A stretch of DNA of 64,000 nucleotides. It comes from Auanema rhodensis (lineage: Eukaryota > Animalia > Nematoda). The position numbers and the translations under genes are program-made. The stretch is from the NCBI GenBank assembly GCA_964057225.1, contig OZ059899.1:12338001-12402000 (forward strand), in the 5' to 3' direction. Below are positions 56,548-64,000 of the stretch, piece by piece. A model generated the notes under the pieces. It was not told the origin of the DNA and searched no databases. It was given only the letters and a program-made list of their open reading frames with translations. Positions within the stretch are counted from its first letter, which is position 1. Each line of letters starts with the position of its first letter.

Positions 56548-59500
56548 TCATTGATCCCGAAATAAGGCTTTTGATTTTATCCACAGTGTGAATATCCTGG
56601 TAGCTATCCATTGTGTGGTTAAGACTGTATTCAAAACTACACAGTACATGATGGGTGTACATGCCACATATCCTATGGTGGCGGTTATTGCAACGCCTAT
56701 CAATATGATTCCCAACTTTGATAAAATTAACTTGAAGATTGGAGCAAAGTCAATGGATTTGGATTCTGTACCCTTACTTGAGTCACTTTCGTTTATTTCA
56801 TCTATGCTTGCTATGTGATGTAATATTCCTTTAATAATGATCTTAATTTTTTTATTGTCGCATGTGGTGTAGCATAATTCATCAATCTGAGAATTTTCTC
56901 TTTTCATTGTTACTTTTGTGATTGCTACTTTTGGAGAGCATTTTATCATGAATACTTCTTTTTGACATTCGATAGAAATCCATGTTTCTTCTGCCGTAAG
57001 GCATTGGAATTCTGCGAATGCACCCTGCCCGCAGGAGTAGCAACCTGATAGTTTTGTCAGGGCAGGTGCGCAAGGCAAATTGTTGGAGAAAATCACTGAG
57101 TTTAAGAATAGGGATGAATCGACCGTAACTAAATTTTCGTCTAAATTCGTAGAGAATGATAACGTGTTATCTTTAGTTTTAAAGTTTTGGTTAGGAGATT
57201 TTATGTCTGATGTATTGGACATTTTTTCAAAAGTAGGGGTATCACACCTACATTTTATTTCATCAAATCTATTGAATGTGCAAGGGCAGAATGAGGATAC
57301 TGTACAGTTATTAAAATGTTTTAATGCGGCTTCCTCTGTTGCACATTGAATTATTCCCTTTGTGTGTATATCCGTAATGTACGTGTTTTCTTTGGAGGAA
57401 AAAAATAATTTTGTGTACATTTCTGGAGGAGGTTGTGATTGTGATAACGTTGTTATATTGAAAAGTTGTTCACGATTTTTCGTGTAAGGTTGTAGAGTGA
57501 TATTGTAATTATTTTTCTGCTGGAGTAATGTTGTTTCTATATTAAATACGGTTTGGGTGGACCAACTATCACAAGTATAGACTTCGTATACTTCCTCAGT
57601 GACGGGTATATGCTCTATTTTGTAGAAAAGACAAGGATCTGTCCAAATCATAGGACATGTGTAAAATCTCGCTGACGATGTGAAGCAACCTGATTGTGAA
57701 GGGAACGTATATGGTTGTAGTTCCTCGATTTTATTATGGAGCGAGTTAGTTTCACATGTTCCGTCACACGAGCCCCGGTGACGGCATCGTAATATGCTCA
57801 ATATGTTGACGGTTGTCTGTCTAGTGAAGTATCTAGTATTCTTTTGGCAGACATGTTCAGTATATAGTTTAGTTATTTTAAATTGACCAATTTCATGATT
57901 AGAATGCGTTATGGTAATGCATAATTGTTTTGTTCCGGGAGAAAATATGATATCTTGACTGTATTCGTGATAACAAGCTAAGTTGTCATCGCATCGTATG
58001 TTAACGAAGTGTTGAACATGAACATCGGAACATGAACTGCAGCTTCCAATACATAAAGCCAAGATGATTGCCAGTAACGATGGTAAAGATGTTTGCGACC
58101 CTCTAGTAAAGAGAGAGAATTTTGGTGGCTTTCTCGTATGGTTTAAAATAGGGTAAATATGCTTTTGAAAGGTTTCATGATCCACAATATTAGAGTCTTG
58201 TGTGTTCGTTTGTTTTAATTGCAACGTATCATTGTGGTCTTCTGTTATTTTTTGATCAGTTTCATGATCTTCTTGTTCGGAGATTGTTTTATGTTTTAAT
58301 TTCATGATGTTGAGCATGGTTTGAGTGTTTTTGGACCATGTCTTATATCTATATTGGCTGTAGCCCATGCGGCATAGACAAGAGACTATGAGGGTAACTG
58401 CCATAATGGTTATTATCACTGTCCATGTTGCCATTTCTGGGGAGCAATGAGGATTCGCTATAAGTTTTGTGGTGAACATGTTAGAGTCCTTGCAACTATT
58501 GATTTCTTCGGCATATGTCGAAGTAATTATAATCGGTAATGAAAGGGCTTTCATTATGTCAGCTGCTATTTTTGGGTTTATTTTATTTTTTCTTTGGTGT
58601 GTGGCATAGGACATTTTTAGTGGGAAGGCTTTTATATTTTCCTTCTCAGTGACCTCATCTTGTTCTGTATATTTTGCTGTTTTCACTGATGATAGTTTTG
58701 TTTTATTTTGAGGTCGATCGTTTGTTACATCCTCATTATTCTCTGTTTCTGGAGTGTATGTATTATCATGTTGAGAGTTATCTGATTCATATGCAATATC
58801 GTAATTATGGTTGCTATCATTTATGTTATTGTTCTCATGTATTGTTTCATCTGTATGTTCTATAGGATGATCGGAGTGTATGTTGTCTAATACGGTATCA
58901 GTATGTGGTATTCTATCTGTTGAGCTATTATTTTCTTGGACTATGTGTGAGTTGTCTTCTATGATTTTGTTGTTGCTAGTGTTGCATCTTATCTCTAGTG
59001 GATAGAGCTGATTGATAGATCGAGTAATTATGTTTCCGTTGCTTGTTGCAACTTTTGCTGAACGTATGTTGCCATCTGAACTAGTAATTGTTTCAATAAT
59101 GCGACCTAGTTTCCATGTTCCTCGTGGCGACATGTCGTTTTGTATTATTACTATTTCATCCTCGTGAGGAAAGAGATTTGTGTGATTTTTTCTCTTGTTT
59201 TTATGTTTGAAAATGTCTTTTAAACTAGTTAGATACTCCTCCTGGAAACGTGTCCAGAATTTAGACGCTGAGTCTTCTGATAACTGAAGAGCTTCTAGCG
59301 CTTGTTCTGTCGATTGAATCGTTTGGATATCGCTGTGAATATCGAATATATGAGTGTTATCATTGTTTTCTGGTAATGAAAACTTTATTGCTGATGTTAA
59401 AAAATCAATTGGTCTTATGGGTAAAGCATCTAAATTATCTGGGTGTGGATGGGTGAGTGGGCGTGTATTAATTATGGCTTCTATTTTTACAATAGCTGTG

Positions 59501-62500
59501 TGTAAATCATCTAGTGACATTCGACTAGGAACGAAGCATTTTTTGAGGGATGATTTGGTGACACCTACTAAGCGTTCCCAACAACCTCCTTTCCAAGGAG
59601 ATAGCGGAGTGTTGTATATCCATTTAATTTTTCTTTGAGCTAATGTGTTTAGTATGCTTCTTTCATTGTAATCCGAGGTTTTTTCAAGGGTTTCTAATAT
59701 TTTTGAGCTCAGAATAAAGTTTCCTGCGCAGTCACTGCGCATAATTTCTGGAGTACCTCTGCGTGAAATAAATCTATTAAATGCATTCATAAAGGCAACT
59801 GTGGATTGATTTGTGACTACCTCTAAGTGAACCGCTCTAGTTGTCATGCATGTAAACAGACAAATATGGACTTTAGACCCATTTCGAAGGGTGAAGGGGC
59901 CCATAAGATCACACCCTGTTGAAAAGAATGCTCTTGTAAGAATTGCTCTGTCTTTTGGTAGCGATGGCATATCTGGTAATTCATAAGGATGTGATTGAAA
60001 TCTTTTACATGTCACACAGTTTTTCAATGTTTGCTTAATGACTCCGGTTAGTTTTGGTATATAGAACTTTTGTCTGAGTTGAATAAGCGTGAAATTTTTG
60101 CCTTGATGATTATTATCTTTGTGTATTTTGTTGATCAGTTTTTTAACTATGGGGTTTGTTTTGAGAAGGAATATAGGGTTTTTTGTCTCTTCGGGAAGAA
60201 GAGTATTTTGTAAACGACTTCTTACGCGAAAAATGTCCCATGTATCTTTGAAGAATTTTAAATTTATATTTCTTTGCTGTAGCTCATCGAGGCTCATATT
60301 AGATTGGCTGTTACTGATCAAAATTTTTTCAATTATGTTGATGTCTTCAACAGTATTCGTGTCTGTTGACGTGAGATGTTTTATTGTTTGCAACTTGTTG
60401 GCGTTGTTAGGATGGACTTTAAGAAACCATTTTTTGAATAATTTTCCTACGGTTGTCATTGTTTTGATCACATCATCATAGTTTTCATGAATGTTCCAAA
60501 TATCATCGGCTGGAAGATTGTCTATAATTATGTGGACCACATTGTGATGCTCCGATTCTGATTCTGCGTTATTCCTGTTAGAGTGCTTAGGCGAGCCGAA
60601 TGATGTCAGAGGGTTATGAGCAGAAAGTTTAGTTAACCAATGTGGACCCTTTATCCAGTCGGAATCTTGTAGTTTCTCGATGTCTGCACCTCGGGATCCG
60701 ATGTCTGCAGTATTGTACGAGGTGTGTACATGATGTAATTCTACATTGCAACATACTTGTTTGATTTGGTGTAGCTGTTTATTTATAATGTTGGTTTGAT
60801 TTTTAATGAACAATGGGAGGGATTTTAGAGAAATAATCCATGATAGCGCGATGTTGCTATCGCTTACAATGTTGACTTTTGCCACTTTCGGGCATATGGT
60901 TACAATAGCTAATGCCATTCGTACTGCTAAGCGGATGGCTAATAATTCTAATCGAGGAATTGTGGTCTTATTTTTGGGTGCTATGCGGGATTTACCGTTG
61001 AGCAGAGAACTAATCTGCTCGTTTGTTTGGAAATATGAACATGCGGCCATGGCTTGGTTGCTTGCGTCAGCAAAGACCCATAACTGTGTTTTATGTTCAG
61101 AGAATTTAAAATATCTTTTCATGGTCAATTGCTGATTGTTAATGTGATTAATATGTTGTTCCCATTGTTTGATATTATCTGATTCAATGGGTTGGTCCCA
61201 TGATAATTTTGTGTTTATGATTTCTCGCAAGATAAGTTTGAGAGGTAACAGTAATGGTGCTGCTAATCCAATGGGATCAAATATTGAGTGTAGCTGACTG
61301 AGTAGAATTCTCTTGGTGTAACTTGTGTGAGTCGTTGTTATTTTTATTGGGATAATGAAAGAGTCATGTTCTTTATTAAAAGATATGCCAAGTATTTTGG
61401 TTGTCATGTTCGGATATCTGTCTTCTTCAGGAAGGTTCTGTATTACTTGTTCATCGTTTGACAAGAATTCGCGAACATGCATGTTTATTTCTGTGAATAG
61501 TTTTTGGGTTTCTTTACATTTCGTTATAGCTTCTGCTGTTGTATTTGCTGTAAGAATGATATTGTCAACGTATAAGTTGTTCAGTATTTCCATAGCTAAT
61601 GGGTTGTCTACTTTTGATTCTAAGAACCATTTTATGCCCATGTTCAATACGCTGGGGGATGCAGTGATACCGAACGGTAATCTGTTGAATCGAAGGGTTA
61701 TGATATTGTTGTGAGATATTGGGTATTCTTTGTTTTTTATCCAAAAGAATTTGCATAGATTTTTGTGATTTTCTGTCAGTTGTATTTGTAAAAATGCGGC
61801 TTTGATATCGCATGTTATTAATATTGGTCTTGTTCTGCAGGAGATCATGATGTCGTGTATATATGTGATAAATGATCGTCCTGTGTGTATTATCTCATTC
61901 AACGATGGGCTGTCTTTCTGTTTAGCGGAGGCGTCAAAAACGATTCTGAGAGGGTTAGCCTTGCTGGGCTTCCAAACCCCATGGTGGGGCATATAAAACT
62001 CTAAAGGCTCCTGGTGATTGTTGGGAATTTGTTCGACAATGTTATCTTTGAGGTAACTTTCAATGGTTGTAGTATAGTGTGAGAGCATTTCTGGATTGTG
62101 CAGTAACTTTCGCCATAGGGATACGAATCTATGGTACGCGGGCATTTTGTTGTTTTTAAGATTTTTGAAGTTATTTTTTAACGGGAACGGTGCAATAATA
62201 CGGTTGTTCTCAATTTTTATATCTTTTGAGTATTCTTCATAATAATCAATAGTGCGGTCTGCGTTGGCATTTTCTGTATTGATGCCGATAGAATCCAGTT
62301 CAAACAGATTAGTGAGGAGTTCTTTATGAGAGGTTTCTTTTGTTATTTCTTCTACTGTAGAGCATAATATTACTTCTTGTTGTGTATTATCATCGGGAAG
62401 AGGAGCTTCTCCATGTATCATGTGGCCGAATACCGAATTTTTCAATCTCATACGTGAGGGGAGTTCGGTTTCTTCGTTTAAATGCATGAACAGTTTGTAT

Positions 62501-63927
62501 CTATCCATCCCTATCAGTATATCCGGAGTAAATAATTCTCCGTTTGTTTGTGGATTGGCTAATTTTATTTTTCTTGTCTTTATAAATTTCAAGTCTTCTT
62601 TAGATAGTTTTGGACAACGTATGGGTGTGGTTAACATGGGTTTGGTGAATAGTTTTGTTACGATAAGGGATCCACTTGAGGTTCCAATAATTACCTTTAC
62701 GTCCTGAACTTCGTGCGTTTCGGACAATGCTCCGATACCGTAAAAGGTTTTCTTTTGAGAACCAAGGATGGGCAATCCTAACTTAGTGGATAAGTCCTTA
62801 GATATAAACGATCTCATAGATCCTTCGTCTATGAGCATGCGTACTTGCTCATATTTTTTACTATTGTGGTTGTATATGTTTGCCATTGCTGTGCGTAATA
62901 TTACTTGACTTTCTTCAATATTATGGGTGTCGGCAATGTGATTAAGTGATACTGGTGCATTGAGTGCCTCAGTAGGAATTTGATTAGTGTCAGATTCTGG
63001 TTTATAATCTGTTGTTTTTTTATTCAATGATTCTTCTGTGGTGATCAGTAAAGCCTGATCTTTTTTAATTGTAGAAGTTTCTTTATCTTTTTGGATATTT
63101 TGCACGTTGTTTCTTCCTTGTGAGCACAAGGAGGAATTATGGTCTCCTTGGCAATTTCGACATTTTTGTTTTCTGCATTCGGAACTTTTGTGTTTCTCGG
63201 AAAAACAAATCCAACAGATGGCCTTTCCGCGGATGCGGTGTCTTCTTTTCTCTGGTGTTTCAAATGTGGTGCAATGATAAAAGCGATGTTCGGATGAGTC
63301 GCAGAAAACACATGGCCAAGTTTGGGTTTTCCGTTGTTCTACGGAGTTTTCTTTATGTGCTACAGATGTGACATTCTCTTTGTGATTTCGAAACTTTTGT
63401 TCATGACTATTTCTTGTTTGTTCTTTTAGAAAAAAGGAATAGATTTTGTGGTCTACAGCTGTCAGCATTTCTTTAGTGGAATGGTAGTTGTTTGGATAAA
63501 TTAGAATGTCTTCCACGATGTGGTATGGGAATTTGTTGAGAATCATCGCGGTACACATTTCGCGGGATACTGTAGCTCCGGCTGCTTCAATTTGCCTGAT
63601 AAGTGCCTTGGTTTCCCCAAATGTTTCTTTACATGATTTTGCATTATTGCTTGCAAATCTCAAATTACGTAGTTGTGTTAAAAGAGAATTGATATCCGAC
63701 GAATAGTCTCCAAATTCAGAAACTAATGCTTCACGCATGAGCTCATAATTTTGAGCAGAGGGTTCTATTCCTCTGATTGCTATTTGTGAATCGCCTTTGA
63801 GGCTTTCACAGAGTAGGTTTACCTTTTCTAAGGTTGTAAACTGTTCATTATCATGAACAAGTCTATCAAAACGGCCCCAGAATGATTTGAAGTTCTCTGG
63901 TTTGCCATCAAATGTAGGTAGCGACAT
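56548..63927 (-). CDS. E3 polyprotein Gag-PR-RT-RNH-IN-Env (frame open to the window edge, so N-terminally incomplete)
   Basis: Gag LPTFDG..F..FW with three Cys/His knuckles; protease LIDEGS; RT YVDN; RNase H FADAS...TIPRLEL; integrase DLMGP/SDCAGNF/WERLVG. Cys-rich Gc-like ectodomain (RCRHRGSC, CLFY, GCYSCGQGA) with a C-terminal TM. Confidence 0.93.
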   Translation of the reverse strand: MSLPTFDGKPENFKSFWGRFDRLVHDNEQFTTLEKVNLLCESLKGDSQIAIRGIEPSAQNYELMREALVSEFGDYSSDINSLLTQLRNLRFASNNAKSCKETFGETKALIRQIEAAGATVSREMCTAMILNKFPYHIVEDILIYPNNYHSTKEMLTAVDHKIYSFFLKEQTRNSHEQKFRNHKENVTSVAHKENSVEQRKTQTWPCVFCDSSEHRFYHCTTFETPEKRRHRIRGKAICWICFSEKHKSSECRKQKCRNCQGDHNSSLCSQGRNNVQNIQKDKETSTIKKDQALLITTEESLNKKTTDYKPESDTNQIPTEALNAPVSLNHIADTHNIEESQVILRTAMANIYNHNSKKYEQVRMLIDEGSMRSFISKDLSTKLGLPILGSQKKTFYGIGALSETHEVQDVKVIIGTSSGSLIVTKLFTKPMLTTPIRCPKLSKEDLKFIKTRKIKLANPQTNGELFTPDILIGMDRYKLFMHLNEETELPSRMRLKNSVFGHMIHGEAPLPDDNTQQEVILCSTVEEITKETSHKELLTNLFELDSIGINTENANADRTIDYYEEYSKDIKIENNRIIAPFPLKNNFKNLKNNKMPAYHRFVSLWRKLLHNPEMLSHYTTTIESYLKDNIVEQIPNNHQEPLEFYMPHHGVWKPSKANPLRIVFDASAKQKDSPSLNEIIHTGRSFITYIHDIMISCRTRPILITCDIKAAFLQIQLTENHKNLCKFFWIKNKEYPISHNNIITLRFNRLPFGITASPSVLNMGIKWFLESKVDNPLAMEILNNLYVDNIILTANTTAEAITKCKETQKLFTEINMHVREFLSNDEQVIQNLPEEDRYPNMTTKILGISFNKEHDSFIIPIKITTTHTSYTKRILLSQLHSIFDPIGLAAPLLLPLKLILREIINTKLSWDQPIESDNIKQWEQHINHINNQQLTMKRYFKFSEHKTQLWVFADASNQAMAACSYFQTNEQISSLLNGKSRIAPKNKTTIPRLELLAIRLAVRMALAIVTICPKVAKVNIVSDSNIALSWIISLKSLPLFIKNQTNIINKQLHQIKQVCCNVELHHVHTSYNTADIGSRGADIEKLQDSDWIKGPHWLTKLSAHNPLTSFGSPKHSNRNNAESESEHHNVVHIIIDNLPADDIWNIHENYDDVIKTMTTVGKLFKKWFLKVHPNNANKLQTIKHLTSTDTNTVEDINIIEKILISNSQSNMSLDELQQRNINLKFFKDTWDIFRVRSRLQNTLLPEETKNPIFLLKTNPIVKKLINKIHKDNNHQGKNFTLIQLRQKFYIPKLTGVIKQTLKNCVTCKRFQSHPYELPDMPSLPKDRAILTRAFFSTGCDLMGPFTLRNGSKVHICLFTCMTTRAVHLEVVTNQSTVAFMNAFNRFISRRGTPEIMRSDCAGNFILSSKILETLEKTSDYNERSILNTLAQRKIKWIYNTPLSPWKGGCWERLVGVTKSSLKKCFVPSRMSLDDLHTAIVKIEAIINTRPLTHPHPDNLDALPIRPIDFLTSAIKFSLPENNDNTHIFDIHSDIQTIQSTEQALEALQLSEDSASKFWTRFQEEYLTSLKDIFKHKNKRKNHTNLFPHEDEIVIIQNDMSPRGTWKLGRIIETITSSDGNIRSAKVATSNGNIITRSINQLYPLEIRCNTSNNKIIEDNSHIVQENNSSTDRIPHTDTVLDNIHSDHPIEHTDETIHENNNINDSNHNYDIAYESDNSQHDNTYTPETENNEDVTNDRPQNKTKLSSVKTAKYTEQDEVTEKENIKAFPLKMSYATHQRKNKINPKIAADIMKALSLPIIITSTYAEEINSCKDSNMFTTKLIANPHCSPEMATWTVIITIMAVTLIVSCLCRMGYSQYRYKTWSKNTQTMLNIMKLKHKTISEQEDHETDQKITEDHNDTLQLKQTNTQDSNIVDHETFQKHIYPILNHTRKPPKFSLFTRGSQTSLPSLLAIILALCIGSCSSCSDVHVQHFVNIRCDDNLACYHEYSQDIIFSPGTKQLCITITHSNHEIGQFKITKLYTEHVCQKNTRYFTRQTTVNILSILRCRHRGSCDGTCETNSLHNKIEELQPYTFPSQSGCFTSSARFYTCPMIWTDPCLFYKIEHIPVTEEVYEVYTCDSWSTQTVFNIETTLLQQKNNYNITLQPYTKNREQLFNITTLSQSQPPPEMYTKLFFSSKENTYITDIHTKGIIQCATEEAALKHFNNCTVSSFCPCTFNRFDEIKCRCDTPTFEKMSNTSDIKSPNQNFKTKDNTLSFSTNLDENLVTVDSSLFLNSVIFSNNLPCAPALTKLSGCYSCGQGAFAEFQCLTAEETWISIECQKEVFMIKCSPKVAITKVTMKRENSQIDELCYTTCDNKKIKIIIKGILHHIASIDEINESDSSKGTESKSIDFAPIFKLILSKLGIILIGVAITATIGYVACTPIMYCVVLNTVLTTQWIATRIFTLWIKSKALFRDQ

Positions 63928-64000
63928 CGCTGGTTTTTGGATGCTAGTTTGTTGGATGTGTAGGAATGACTTGATAATTTCCAGAAATTGATCATTCGAT

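Larger units (their letters stand above)
55330..64000 (-). mobile_element. BEL/Pao (Belpaoviridae) LTR element with phlebovirus-like env; 5' part outside the window (element E3)
   Basis: 3' LTR with TG...CA termini, PPT GCCGGGAG, and a single long gag-pro-RT-RNH-IN-env frame. Confidence 0.93.

Noticed and set aside
56588-63706. Short ORFs overlapping the BEL polyprotein
   Set aside because: Shadow or alternate-frame ORFs without independent support.

Overview
Eukaryotic DNA, almost certainly nematode: the introns are 42-74 nt with TTTCAG/TTTTAG-type acceptors, and the tRNA and retroelement families fit. A 10-exon GT49-family glycosyltransferase gene (minus strand, 284-1972) sits directly beside a head-to-tail array of about 217 near-identical tRNA-Leu(AAG) genes with a 167-bp unit. 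Four independent LTR-retroelement insertions interrupt the array, all in the spacer 7-33 nt downstream of a tRNA 3' end. (1) An 11.9-kb Ty3/Gypsy provirus with identical LTRs, non-canonical CG...CG termini and a tRNA-Gln PBS. It has a single gag-env-pro-pol frame whose env is gB-like (class III), a 1.3-kb AUG-free stretch before gag, and a spliced antisense accessory gene in its leader. This copy carries an RNase H deletion. (2) A 3.3-kb internally deleted, non-autonomous element of a sister family. (3) A solo LTR containing a Tc1/mariner MITE, later duplicated with the array. (4) A BEL/Pao element with a phlebovirus-Gc-like (class II) env and an extra zinc-finger ORF, running off the right edge. 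All homology calls are from motif recognition by eye; no searches were run.
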